From: an uncultured Bacilli bacterium
Lineage (GTDB): Bacteria; Bacillota_I; Bacilli_A; RF39; UBA660
Length of the DNA: 64,000 nt
Direction: 5' to 3'
Assembly: GCA_944358535.1 (NCBI GenBank)
Contig: CALVRH010000002.1
Span: forward strand, 27,840-91,839
Shown: piece by piece, positions 51,785-61,363 of the stretch
How the letters are laid out: each line of letters opens with the position of its first letter
Position numbering within the stretch: the stretch's first letter is position 1
Translations under genes and position numbers: made by a program
Notes under the pieces: model-generated
Databases searched by the model: none
What the model was told of the DNA's origin: nothing
Seen by the model: the letters and a program-made list of their open reading frames with translations, nothing else

Positions 51785-53734
51785 ATGTTCGATTTAGTAT
51801 CTAAATTTGATCCGAGTGGTGATCAACCACAGGCAATAGATGAACTTGTTAAAGGAGTAGAAGAAGGAAAAAAATTTCAAGTATTACTAGGGGCAACGGG
51901 TACTGGTAAGACTTTTACGATAGCTAATGTTATTCAAAAAACGCAAAAACCGACACTTGTTTTAGCTCACAATAAGACACTAGCTGGACAGTTATATGGG
52001 GAACTCAAAGAGCTTTTCCCAAATAATCACGTGTGTTATTTTGTCTCATATTATGATTATTATCAGCCAGAAGCTTATGTGGCTAAAACTGATACTTATA
52101 TAGAAAAAGATGCTTCAATTAATGATGAAATTGATGAACTTAGACATTATGCGACTGCATCACTTTTAGCTCATAAAGATGTAATTGTGGTGGCCTCTGT
52201 TTCTTGTATATATGGTATTGGAGAGATTGAAGATTATAAGAAAAAAGTTTTATTTTTAAGTGTTGGAGAGACTGTAGATAGAGATCAAGTCATTGAAAAA
52301 TTGATTGAAATGCTTTATGAGAGAAATAATATTGATTTAAAACGTGGTACTTTTAGAGTCCATGGAGATGTTTTAGAAATTGTTCCTATTGGGCAGCATG
52401 CTCATGGGATTAGAGTAGAGTTTTTTGGTGATGAAATTGATAGAATTAGTGAGTTTGATTTAGTTACTGGAACTTTAGTAAACGATAAAAAAACTTATAC
52501 ATTATTTCCCGCAAGTCATTTTGTTACTAATGATGAAAAATTGAAGATTGCTATTGAAAATATTAAGAAAGAATTAGAAGGGCAATTAGAAAAGTTTCAA
52601 AGTGAAAATAAGTTACTTGAGTATCAAAGATTAAAAGAAAGAACTAATTATGATATTGAAATGCTTTCGGAAACAGGTTCTTGTAGGGGAGTAGAAAATT
52701 ATTCAGCACCACTCGCTTTAAGAAAACCAGGAGAGATGCCAACAACTTTAATTGATTTCTTTGGTGATGATTTTTTGCTTGTTGTCGATGAATCTCATGT
52801 TACATTACCACAAGTTAGAGCTATGTACAATGGAGATAGAATGCGTAAGCAAGCTTTGGTTGATTATGGTTTTAGACTTCCTAGTGCACTTGATAATAGG
52901 CCTTTAAAGTTTGAAGAATTTGAGGGTAAAATTAAACAAGCAATATTTGTTTCTGCAACACCAGGAGATTATGAGATGGAAAAAGTTCATAATAAGGTTA
53001 CTGAACAAATTATAAGACCAACAGGTTTATTAGATCCAAAAATTGAGGTTAAACCGACTAAAAATCAAATAGATGATTTAGTTAGTCAAATACATAAACA
53101 AATAGAGAAAAATGAAAGAACTTTAATTACAACTTTGACAATTAGAATGGCTGAAGAATTATCGGTTTATTTGAAAAATTTAGATATTAAAGTTGCTTAT
53201 TTACACAATGAGATTAAGACTTTAGAGAGAATGCAGATAATTCATGATTTGAGGGTTGGTAAATATGATGTGGTTGTTGGAATTAATTTACTTCGTGAGG
53301 GAATAGATGTTCCAGAAGTTAGTTTGATTGCAATAATGGATGCGGATAAACAAGGATTTTTACGAAGTGAACGTAGTTTAATTCAAACAATTGGTAGAGC
53401 TGCTCGTAATGCGAATGGTAGAGTTATCATGTATGCGGATGAGATAAGTTCAGCTATGGATGCAGCTATAAAGGAAACTAATAGAAGAAGAAGTATTCAA
53501 GAAGCATATAATGAAAAACATGGTATTATTCCAAAAACAATTATTAAAGAAATACGTGAAGTTATCTCTAATAAGTTTGAAATTAAAGAGAAAAAAGAGA
53601 AAAAGATGACTAAGAAAGACAAAGAAAAATTGATGTTTGATTTAGAACATGAAATGAAAGAGGCAGCTAAGAATCTTGATTTTGAAAGAGCTATGGAGCT
53701 ACGTGATGCATTATTTGAGATGCAAAGTGAATAA
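51785..53734 (+). CDS. uvrB: excinuclease ABC subunit B
   Basis: 649 aa with [16 protein letters not shown], helicase motifs and a C-terminal UVR domain [16 protein letters not shown] at 51785 follows GTGAGGTGA; the ORF-track N-terminal extension is non-homologous. Confidence 0.95.
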   Translation: MFDLVSKFDPSGDQPQAIDELVKGVEEGKKFQVLLGATGTGKTFTIANVIQKTQKPTLVLAHNKTLAGQLYGELKELFPNNHVCYFVSYYDYYQPEAYVAKTDTYIEKDASINDEIDELRHYATASLLAHKDVIVVASVSCIYGIGEIEDYKKKVLFLSVGETVDRDQVIEKLIEMLYERNNIDLKRGTFRVHGDVLEIVPIGQHAHGIRVEFFGDEIDRISEFDLVTGTLVNDKKTYTLFPASHFVTNDEKLKIAIENIKKELEGQLEKFQSENKLLEYQRLKERTNYDIEMLSETGSCRGVENYSAPLALRKPGEMPTTLIDFFGDDFLLVVDESHVTLPQVRAMYNGDRMRKQALVDYGFRLPSALDNRPLKFEEFEGKIKQAIFVSATPGDYEMEKVHNKVTEQIIRPTGLLDPKIEVKPTKNQIDDLVSQIHKQIEKNERTLITTLTIRMAEELSVYLKNLDIKVAYLHNEIKTLERMQIIHDLRVGKYDVVVGINLLREGIDVPEVSLIAIMDADKQGFLRSERSLIQTIGRAARNANGRVIMYADEISSAMDAAIKETNRRRSIQEAYNEKHGIIPKTIIKEIREVISNKFEIKEKKEKKMTKKDKEKLMFDLEHEMKEAAKNLDFERAMELRDALFEMQSE

Positions 53735-53762
53735 GGATTAGAGTTTTTCTAATCTTTATTTT
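53735..53762 (+). terminator. terminator after uvrB
   Basis: GATTAGAG-TTTT-TCTAATC followed by TTTATTTT. Confidence 0.6.
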
Positions 53763-53820
53763 GCTTTTCATTCTTTTGTTTCTTAAGCTTGAATATGCTA
53801 TAATGTAGGTGGTGACAAAT

Positions 53821-54246
53821 ATGCATAAGAGTAAGTATAATTTTATGAAGTTTATCGATTGGATAATTAGAATATTAGGTTATACAGTAATTTTAATGTT
53901 GATGACTTTAGTTTTTAAAAATACTTTATATATTGATAATTCATATTATGGTTTATGGTGTTTGATTGCTTCTGTACTTATTTATTTACTTAATAAAACA
54001 GTTAAACCTTTTTTGATATGGCTTACTATTCCAATTACAGGGGTTACTTTAGGGTTGTTTTATCCATTTATTAATTTAATTATTTTAAAAATAGTGAGTT
54101 TTATATTGGGAGATCATTTTAATTTATATGGTATTTGGTTTGCGGTATTAGTGGCAATTTCAATTTCTGTTTTAAATGTTATTTTAGATATGACTGTATT
54201 TAAACGTTTGACATTTAAGGAGGCAAAAAATGAAGCCAATAATTGA
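53821..54246 (+). CDS. PF04020 (holin-4-like, YvlD-type) membrane protein
   Basis: Four TM helices. Extended -10 TGCTATAAT at 53796-53804. ATG at 53821 follows AGGTGGTGA. Confidence 0.55.
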   Translation: MHKSKYNFMKFIDWIIRILGYTVILMLMTLVFKNTLYIDNSYYGLWCLIASVLIYLLNKTVKPFLIWLTIPITGVTLGLFYPFINLIILKIVSFILGDHFNLYGIWFAVLVAISISVLNVILDMTVFKRLTFKEAKNEANN

Positions 54247-55021
54247 TTTAGGAATTATATCTATTCACTGGTATTCAATAATTATATTTGTGGCTATTTT
54301 GATTGGCTCTAATTTAGCAATAAAAGAGGCAAAGCGGCACGGGTATGAAGAAGATTTTGTGGTTAATTTGCTTTTTTTAGGAGTGATTTTAGGAATTATT
54401 GGAGCTCGCATTTACTATGTTATTTTTAATTTTGATTATTATAAGTATAATTTAATAGAAATATTTAAGGTGTGGAATGGCGGTTTAGCAATTCATGGGG
54501 GAATAATTGCTGGCTTTATAACTATTGCTATAATTTGTTATAAGAAAAAAGTTAATTTACTTCGTATTTTAGATTATTTAGTGGTTGGGCTTATTATTGC
54601 TCAGGCTATTGGTAGATGGGGTAATTTCTTTAATGGGGAAGCTCATGGGCCTGCGACAACACTTGCTTATTTAGAAGGTTTACATTTACCACAGTTTATC
54701 ATTGATGGAATGAATATAGGTGGTAATTATTATATTCCAACATTTTTATATGAATCAGTATGGTGTTTAATAGGTTTTATTGTTATGATTATTTTGAGAA
54801 GACGAAAGTTTATGAAAATTGGATATTTAACTAGTTTTTATTTAGTGTGGTATGGAATTGAAAGATTTTATGTCGAAGGAATGCGAACAGATAGTTTGAT
54901 GTTTTTAACGCTTAAGGTGGCTCAAATCGTATCACTATGTATGATAGTAATTGGATTTATTGTATTTATATATAGTTTTAGAAAGAAAATAAAATATGAA
55001 GGTGGTGAAGGAAATGCCTAA
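54230..55021 (+). CDS. lgt: prolipoprotein diacylglyceryl transferase
   Basis: 263 aa, polytopic, with signature IGRWGNFFNGEAHG. Confidence 0.92.
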   Translation: MKPIIDLGIISIHWYSIIIFVAILIGSNLAIKEAKRHGYEEDFVVNLLFLGVILGIIGARIYYVIFNFDYYKYNLIEIFKVWNGGLAIHGGIIAGFITIAIICYKKKVNLLRILDYLVVGLIIAQAIGRWGNFFNGEAHGPATTLAYLEGLHLPQFIIDGMNIGGNYYIPTFLYESVWCLIGFIVMIILRRRKFMKIGYLTSFYLVWYGIERFYVEGMRTDSLMFLTLKVAQIVSLCMIVIGFIVFIYSFRKKIKYEGGEGNA

Positions 55022-55892
55022 GTGTGTGATTGTTGGTGCAGGTCCAGCTGGGATGAATGCGGCTTTATATTTAAAAAGAGCAGGAATTGATGTTTCAATT
55101 ATTGAAAAAAATATTCCTGGTGGAGAGATGCTTAAGACAAACAAGATAGAAAATTATTTAGGTTTTTCAGAAATCGATGGTGGTGATCTTGCATTAAAAA
55201 TGAGTGCCCAAATAAAAAAAATAGGCGTTCCTATTATAAAAGATGAGGTTTTGAATATTACTAAGAAAAAAAAGTTTGAGATTGTGACTAAAAAAGGTAC
55301 AATACAGGCAGATTATGTAATTGTTGCGACTGGTAGGACACCAAGAAAGTTAGGAGTTTTAGGTGAGGATGATATGCTTAACCGAGGCATTAGTTATTGC
55401 GCTGTTTGTGATGGAGCTTTTTATCGTGGCTTGGATGTGGCTGTAGTTGGAGGTGGAGATAGTGCTTTGACTGAGGCTTTATATCTAGCAGATTTATGTA
55501 ATAAGGTGTATGTGCTTGTTCGTAAAGATGTAAGAGCTAACGAGATTTTACAAAACAGGGTTAAAGCTAAGAAAAATATTGTTTTATTAAAAAATGTTCA
55601 AGTTAGTGCACTTAATTATAGTGATAAGTTATCGCAAGTTATTTTATCAGATGGTAATAAACTTGATATTAGTGGTATGTTTATTGCAATAGGTGGCATA
55701 CCAAAGTTAGATTTTTTAGCTAACTTAGATTTAAATTTAAAAAATGGTTATATCAAAACCAATGATAATATGGAAAGTAGTGTTAAGGGGTTATATGCTG
55801 CCGGCGATGTTAGAGATAAAGATTTTTATCAGATTATTACTGCGGCAAGTGATGGAGCGATTGCAGCTCTTAGTATTAAGGAGGATGTATAA
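55014..55892 (+). CDS. trxB: thioredoxin-disulfide reductase
   Basis: GAGPAGM, redox centre CAVCDG, GGGDSA. ATG at 55014 chosen. Confidence 0.85.
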   Translation: MPKCVIVGAGPAGMNAALYLKRAGIDVSIIEKNIPGGEMLKTNKIENYLGFSEIDGGDLALKMSAQIKKIGVPIIKDEVLNITKKKKFEIVTKKGTIQADYVIVATGRTPRKLGVLGEDDMLNRGISYCAVCDGAFYRGLDVAVVGGGDSALTEALYLADLCNKVYVLVRKDVRANEILQNRVKAKKNIVLLKNVQVSALNYSDKLSQVILSDGNKLDISGMFIAIGGIPKLDFLANLDLNLKNGYIKTNDNMESSVKGLYAAGDVRDKDFYQIITAASDGAIAALSIKEDV

Positions 55893-55894
55893 GT

Positions 55895-56836
55895 ATGAAA
55901 GTAGCAGTTTTAGGTGGAGGTACTGGAATGAGCCAGTTACTTCGCGGACTTAAGAAATTACCGTTTGATATTTCAGCTATTGTATCGGTTTGTGATGATG
56001 GAAGTAGTACAGGTAGACTTAGAGAAGAATTTCATACACCAGCAGTTGGTGATATAAGAAAAGTTTTGATTAGTTTATCTGAAAATGAGGAGGAAATAAA
56101 AAAACTTTTTGATTATAGGTTTAATACTTCTAGCGATTTAGATGGTCATGCACTTGGAAATTTATTACTTACTGGAGCGGCAGAAATTACTGGAAGTGTT
56201 TCTGATGGCATAGAACTTGTTAATTCACTTTTGAAGTTGAAAGGTAAAGTTATGCCACTTACTGAAGATGATGTTGTACTTATGGGTAAGATGGCTAGTG
56301 GCAAAGTGGTTATGGGTGAACATCTTATTACAGAATATGATGATAAGATAAAAAAAGTTTATTATAAAGAAACTCCAGAGGTTAATCCTGATGTTTTGAA
56401 GTCGATTCGTGAGGCTGATGCAATTATTTTAAGTATGGGTAGTTTGTTTACAAGTATTATTCCTAATTTGCTTTGTAAGGAAGTAAAAAAAGAAATAGAT
56501 AATAGTAAGGCTAAAATAATTTATGTTTGTAACATTATGACACAGCCTGGTGAGACGGATAATTTTACTGTTAGTGACCATGTTAAACTTTTAAATAGTT
56601 ATTTAGGAAAAAGAAAGATTGATGCTGTTATTGTAAATAATGGTGAAATTGATAGTGCTATTGTTGAAAATTACGAAACTACGGAACAAAAGGATTTGGT
56701 TGAAGTTGATCGTAATAATTTACAAAATTACAATCTTGATATTATTGAAAATGATTATATTTCAATTGAAAATGATATGATAAGACATAATACGCTTAGA
56801 GTGGCTCTTGATATACTTTCATATTTGCTTGATTAG
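55895..56836 (+). CDS. yvcK: YvcK/CofD-family gluconeogenesis/cell-shape factor
   Basis: VAVLGGGTGMSQLLRGLK...DDGSSTGRLR. Upstream of whiA as in Bacillus. Confidence 0.88.
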   Translation: MKVAVLGGGTGMSQLLRGLKKLPFDISAIVSVCDDGSSTGRLREEFHTPAVGDIRKVLISLSENEEEIKKLFDYRFNTSSDLDGHALGNLLLTGAAEITGSVSDGIELVNSLLKLKGKVMPLTEDDVVLMGKMASGKVVMGEHLITEYDDKIKKVYYKETPEVNPDVLKSIREADAIILSMGSLFTSIIPNLLCKEVKKEIDNSKAKIIYVCNIMTQPGETDNFTVSDHVKLLNSYLGKRKIDAVIVNNGEIDSAIVENYETTEQKDLVEVDRNNLQNYNLDIIENDYISIENDMIRHNTLRVALDILSYLLD

Positions 56837-56846
56837 GGGTGATTAG

Positions 56847-57767
56847 ATGTCCTTTACAGCTTTAGTTAAAGATGAGGTTAGTAGATTAGATATATCAGAA
56901 ACGGAGAGAATTTCTGAACTTTCAGCTATTGTTCAAAATAGTGAGCATGATAATAAAATAAAAATTGTTACAGAAAATAATACGGTTGCTAGACTTATTT
57001 ATTCTCTTTTTAAAGATATATTTAATGTTTATCCAAAAGTTAGTGTTAGAAGAGGTTATAATTATAATAAGAATATGCTTTATACTTTAGAAGTTAGGCA
57101 AAAGATTTCACACATTTTGAGAAGTTTAGGTATTTCTTCGGATGTTCCAGAAAACTTTATATATGCAGATGAGGATTTATTGATGGCATATTTGAAGGGT
57201 TTGTTTTTAATGAAAGCAAGTGTGAATGATCCTAAGACTTCGAGATATCATTTGGAGTTTAATTTAGATAACTTTAAGTATGCGGAGTTTGTTTCGAATT
57301 GTTTAAATCATTTTAATTTAAATAGTAAGATTTTACATCGCGAACATAGATATGTCGTATATATTAAAGAAGCTGAAAAAATAGGAGATTTTCTTAGAAT
57401 AATGGGTGCAGTTAAAGCGGTTCTTTATTTTGAGGATATTCGTATTTATAGAGATCATAAAAATATGACGAATAGGCTTAATAATTGTGAGCAAGCTAAT
57501 GTGGATAAGATTATTGAAACAGCTAATGATCAAGTAAAGGATATTTTGTTTTTAAAAGAAATGGATGTATATGATTTACTTAGTGATAAAGAGAAAGAAG
57601 TATCAGAGTATAGGGTTAAGTATCCAGAGGCTTCGCTTGTTGAACTTAGTCAAATAATTAGTATGGAAACAGGTAATAAAATTACCAAATCTGGTGTGTA
57701 TCATAGACTTAACAAAATTAGACAGTTGGCTTTAAAACTTAAAGAAAAGAAAAAATCAGAAAATTAA
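56847..57767 (+). CDS. whiA: DNA-binding protein WhiA
   Basis: 306 aa with degenerate LAGLIDADG scaffold plus C-terminal HTH KSGVYHRLNKI. Confidence 0.9.
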   Translation: MSFTALVKDEVSRLDISETERISELSAIVQNSEHDNKIKIVTENNTVARLIYSLFKDIFNVYPKVSVRRGYNYNKNMLYTLEVRQKISHILRSLGISSDVPENFIYADEDLLMAYLKGLFLMKASVNDPKTSRYHLEFNLDNFKYAEFVSNCLNHFNLNSKILHREHRYVVYIKEAEKIGDFLRIMGAVKAVLYFEDIRIYRDHKNMTNRLNNCEQANVDKIIETANDQVKDILFLKEMDVYDLLSDKEKEVSEYRVKYPEASLVELSQIISMETGNKITKSGVYHRLNKIRQLALKLKEKKKSEN

Positions 57768-57778
57768 AAGTTTTTTGA

Positions 57779-57836
57779 TTTTTTTCATGGGAAAAAAGGA
57801 AATACGTTTTTTACGTCGTATGTTTATATATGAAGG
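57779..57836 (+). repeat. conserved 58-nt leader, copy 1 (upstream of Rpn-like gene 1)
   Basis: TTTTTTTCATGGGAAAAAAGGAAATACGTTTTTTACGTCGTATGTTTATATATGAAGG. Nearly identical copy at 58774-58831. Confidence 0.8.
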
Positions 57837-57864
57837 GATAAAAAGGGACTTAGAAAGGAGAACT

Positions 57865-58761
57865 ATGAAAATAGACGAAAATTATCTTGCAGATTTAGAT
57901 CAAAAATTATCTTTAATACCACTCAGCTATGATAGAGCTTTTAAAAGTGTTTTTAAAATTAATTTAGATATTTTAAAAGATTTCTTAAAAGTAGCTATCC
58001 CTACAAATATAAACGATGATGATAGTATTAATCTTTTGGATAGCGAAATATCTGTCACAAGTAAAAATGAATATCAAAAAAATTCCTTTATATTAGTAGT
58101 CATTAATAATAAAATATATATTGAAGTAGAAGTGGATAAAAGCAAATTAGAATATGTATCTGACCATAACTTTTCATATAGAGATATAATATTTACCAAA
58201 GTTATTAATACAAAAGAATATCTAAATTGTTTAATATATAATTATGTATATCATCTTGATTTAAATGAAAGTTCGTATGAAGATGTTTTAGAAGATGAAA
58301 TAGTTTTATATGGTCAAAAAACTCATAAAATATATATTCCTAATAGTCGTACATTCACTAAAGCCTTAAAACTTTATAGGAATTTATATTACAATAAAGG
58401 TGATAGAAGACCAGAAGTTATATGGTATACATTATTTACAGCAAAGACATTTAGTGAGTTATATGAATTAGCTAAGAATGTAATGGATGAGACGAAGGTT
58501 CAAAAGTTAATGGAGGCGGTTATAAATATGAGTAAAGATGAGGTTATTATTCATGAGTGGCAGAAAGAAAAGATGGATGCTTTAGTTAAACATAATGAAC
58601 TTGAAGGAGCAAAAAAAGAAGTCAAAGATGAAGAAATTAAAGAGAGTACATTTGAAACAGCTAAAAAATTACTCAATATGAAAATGAGTATAGAAGATAT
58701 TTCAAAAGCAACTGGTCTAACTGCAGAAGAAATTAAAAAAATTAAAAATACTGAAAATTAA
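57865..58761 (+). CDS. Rpn/YhgA-like PD-(D/E)xK nuclease family (putative transposase) protein
   Basis: N-terminal LSYDRAFKSVFK and C-terminal AKKLLNMKMSIEDISKATGLTAEEIKKI, typical of this family. ATG follows AAAGGAG. Confidence 0.55.
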   Translation: MKIDENYLADLDQKLSLIPLSYDRAFKSVFKINLDILKDFLKVAIPTNINDDDSINLLDSEISVTSKNEYQKNSFILVVINNKIYIEVEVDKSKLEYVSDHNFSYRDIIFTKVINTKEYLNCLIYNYVYHLDLNESSYEDVLEDEIVLYGQKTHKIYIPNSRTFTKALKLYRNLYYNKGDRRPEVIWYTLFTAKTFSELYELAKNVMDETKVQKLMEAVINMSKDEVIIHEWQKEKMDALVKHNELEGAKKEVKDEEIKESTFETAKKLLNMKMSIEDISKATGLTAEEIKKIKNTEN

Positions 58762-58773
58762 AGAAATTCAGTA

Positions 58774-58831
58774 TTTTTTTCATGAAAAAAAGGAAATACG
58801 TTTTTTACGTCGTATGTTTATATATAGAAGG
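58774..58831 (+). repeat. conserved leader, copy 2
   Basis: Same sequence as 57779-57836 apart from a 1-nt indel and two substitutions. Confidence 0.8.
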
Positions 58832-58862
58832 TAGTTTTATCTTCTTAGAAGGAGGTTATAGC

Positions 58863-59744
58863 TTGAAAAATAAGCTAAATAAAGATTTTTTTGTATGGTT
58901 AGATCAATTTTATAATGTATTTCCTATGACTTATGATTATACGTTTAAAGATATTTTTAAAAATCACCCTTGGCTTTTACGAGAATTTGTTGGAGATATT
59001 TTAGATTTACGTTTTATAAATGAGTGTGACATATATTTTGAAGATGATTATTTAAAGGAAAAAGCAGATGAGTATGGCAAATTTGTACGTATATATATTG
59101 TTATAGATGATCATATTGATTTAGTTGTCAGAGTTAATCGTGAACTTTTTGAAAAAGATTATTTTCAAAATAATTTACATGAAAATGATTGGTTTAATAA
59201 TTTGAAAAGAAAAGGTGAAAAGTTAAATAATGATAAAAAAGAAAAATTACGTAAAACTGTGGAAGAAGATGATTTTGATAATGATTATATACGAGTAATG
59301 TATGAAATGGAAGATGTTGGTAGCGATATTATAAGAGGTGTTCATCAAATATCTATTTTTGTATATACTTCTCATTATAGAAAATTATATTTTGAAGAGG
59401 GTTATAGAAATAAAAAAACCATATGGCTGGCTGCTTTAGATCCTAAATCTTATACAGAGTTATATGAATTGATGAATCAAATTTTAGATAGCCGATTATT
59501 ATATATGTTTATGAGTTACGTTATAGAGATGAGTAGTAATAATGATATAGAATATATGCTGCAAAAAGAAAGTTATAGGAAAATGAGAATACGTGAAAAA
59601 TATGAAATTAAAAAAAATAATGCAATTAAGGAAAAACAATTAGAAATTGCAGATAAGATGCTTGAAGAAAATATTGATTTGAATACAATTTCTAAAATAG
59701 CCTCTTTAACCATAGATGAAATCAAAAAACGTACTGAAGAATAA
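58863..59744 (+). CDS. Rpn/YhgA-like family protein, paralogue 2
   Basis: MTYDYTFKDIFK and C-terminal ADKMLEENIDLNTISKIASLTIDEIKK. TTG start follows AAGGAGG. Confidence 0.5.
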   Translation: MKNKLNKDFFVWLDQFYNVFPMTYDYTFKDIFKNHPWLLREFVGDILDLRFINECDIYFEDDYLKEKADEYGKFVRIYIVIDDHIDLVVRVNRELFEKDYFQNNLHENDWFNNLKRKGEKLNNDKKEKLRKTVEEDDFDNDYIRVMYEMEDVGSDIIRGVHQISIFVYTSHYRKLYFEEGYRNKKTIWLAALDPKSYTELYELMNQILDSRLLYMFMSYVIEMSSNNDIEYMLQKESYRKMRIREKYEIKKNNAIKEKQLEIADKMLEENIDLNTISKIASLTIDEIKKRTEE

Positions 59745-59831
59745 AAACTTCAGTTTTTAAATGTCTTTTCTAGTTAAATCATTGGTTTTAAATTTGTCTT
59801 TGTTTTTCTTATTAATAAAGTATATTTCATA

Positions 59832-59961
59832 TCAACATTTGTTTGCAATTTGTTCAATTGTATCAAAAGAAATAATCCTCTGTTCGTTTTCATAACGTGA
59901 AAGATTTTGCTGGGAAATACCTATTTCTTTAGCTAATACATCTTGTTTTAATTTTTCTCAT
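59832..59961 (-). pseudogene. XRE-family HTH gene relic (frameshifted and truncated)
   Basis: Minus strand encodes KLKQDVLAKEIGISQQNLSRYENEQRIISFDTIEQIANKC. The ATG (MRKI) is out of frame across an A-run. Confidence 0.55.
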
Positions 59962-59982
59962 ATATTTTAATGCTTTTCCTAA

Positions 59983-60239
59983 CCATATTCCGGTAACTTA
60001 AATAGATGTGATTTAGATGGTAGTAATTGTAGTCAATTAGCTAATGATCGTTCTAATCAGAATATTAATAGTATATATGTAACTAGTGACTATTTGTATT
60101 ATGCCATTACTAGCTATACGGCAAATAATGATCTTGGTTATTTTATACCATATTCCGGTAACTTAAATAGATGTGATTTAGATGGTAGTAATTGTAGTCA
60201 ATTAGCTAAATTTTATCCTAATCAGAATATTACTTTTTA
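59983..60239 (+). pseudogene. 3' relic of a beta-propeller (DUF5050-like) repeat protein gene with an internal direct repeat
   Basis: No start codon. Encodes ...PYSGNLNRCDLDGSNCSQLA... twice. The 62-bp exact direct repeats are at 59983-60044 and 60148-60209. Confidence 0.45.
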
Positions 60240-60382
60240 ATTATTGTATAATGGTTTAAACTTGAAATGTAATGTTTCAAGTTTTATTGTGGAAAAATAT
60301 ATCACAAGATTTTTATTATTTTGGATAGTGGTTGACAAGACAATCTTATCATTTTATAGTATAATGATAAGAGGGTGATATT

Positions 60383-61363
60383 ATGCGTGAACTCTTTGAA
60401 ATATTAAATGAAAATATAAAAAAGCATGATGAAATTATAATAATGACCCATGCTAGACCTGATTTAGATGGTATGGGGTCTAGTTTGGCTTTATATAAAA
60501 TTATTTCTTCTATGAAAAAGAAATGTTTTATTGTATCTCCTAAGGAAAAGTTATATCGTTCTTTGGATAAGGCAATGAAATTGCTTTCAGAAAATGATAT
60601 CAATTTTGAGTTTAGAAGTGAAGATGATATTTTAAATAATAAATTTAATAAGCCTTTGCTTGTTGTTTTAGATACGCAAAAAACTGAATTAGTTGAGTCA
60701 GAAAAAGTACTTGATTTGATAGATGATAAAATTGTTATTGATCATCATATTGGAAGTTTAGATTCGATTGATGATACCATTTACAAATATAGCGATGCCA
60801 ATAAGTCTAGTATTGTTGAAGTTATGGCCGAGTATTTAAATTATTTAGATTTAAAAATAGAACCATTAATTATGACAGTTTTGCTTTCTGGAATGGTGGT
60901 TGATACTAGTAGTTTTAACATTAAGACAACCGCTAGAACTTTTGATATGGCTTCTTATTTAGCTCGTAATGGTGCAGATTTTGTTATTATTCAAGATTTA
61001 CTTAAGGAACCAAGAGAAGAAATGGTTCAAAGGTATAGTTTTATAAGTAATAGTGTAGAAGTGGTTCCTGATGTACTTATGTGTAAGATGGATGATAAGA
61101 TACATGGTAATGTTGATATTGCACTTTTAGCTAAGGAGTTACTTAAATTTGAAGATATTAAAGCGTCTTTTGCAATTGGCAGGTTATCACAAAGTATTGT
61201 TGGAGTTAGTGCAAGATCTATGGGAAATGTAAATGTTGGAGAGATTATGGAAAAGATTGGTGGCGGTGGTCATTTAACGGACGCGGCCGCTCAAATTAAA
61301 GGTAAAAGTGTAGATGAGGTGGCAAAAGATTTAGAAAAAGTTATTAAGGATGTGATAAAATGA
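60383..61363 (+). CDS. stand-alone DHH/DHHA1 phosphoesterase (GdpP catalytic-domain homologue)
   Basis: HARPDLDGMGS, IVIDHH and GGGH motifs. Sits directly upstream of rplI-dnaB, where Firmicutes carry gdpP/yybT. Confidence 0.8.
   Translation: MRELFEILNENIKKHDEIIIMTHARPDLDGMGSSLALYKIISSMKKKCFIVSPKEKLYRSLDKAMKLLSENDINFEFRSEDDILNNKFNKPLLVVLDTQKTELVESEKVLDLIDDKIVIDHHIGSLDSIDDTIYKYSDANKSSIVEVMAEYLNYLDLKIEPLIMTVLLSGMVVDTSSFNIKTTARTFDMASYLARNGADFVIIQDLLKEPREEMVQRYSFISNSVEVVPDVLMCKMDDKIHGNVDIALLAKELLKFEDIKASFAIGRLSQSIVGVSARSMGNVNVGEIMEKIGGGGHLTDAAAQIKGKSVDEVAKDLEKVIKDVIK

Larger units (their letters stand above)
43729..52059 (+). mobile_element. decayed uvrB-targeting integrative element E2
   Basis: Core TATTATGATTA at 43718-43728 and 52049-52059. 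Contains a ParA relic, an 8-gene operon, a tyrosine-integrase relic, and the promoter plus first 91 codons of the now-functional uvrB. Confidence 0.7.

Noticed and set aside
40242-53734. Whether the whole insert is a prophage or ICE
   Set aside because: There are no capsid, tail, terminase, relaxase, T4SS or replication genes. Only relics of an integrase and a ParA remain, so it is better described as decayed integrative islands.
53821-54246. Holin-family membrane protein as evidence for a prophage next to uvrB
   Set aside because: PF04020-type proteins are common stand-alone chromosomal genes (yvlD-like). It is followed by core genes lgt and trxB, and no lysin or phage genes are nearby.
57775-57864. 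Long N-terminal extensions of the two Rpn-like ORFs (57775 and 58782 starts)
   Set aside because: The extensions cover the conserved leader in two different reading frames because of a 1-nt indel. Good SD sequences precede the internal ATG 57865 and TTG 58863.
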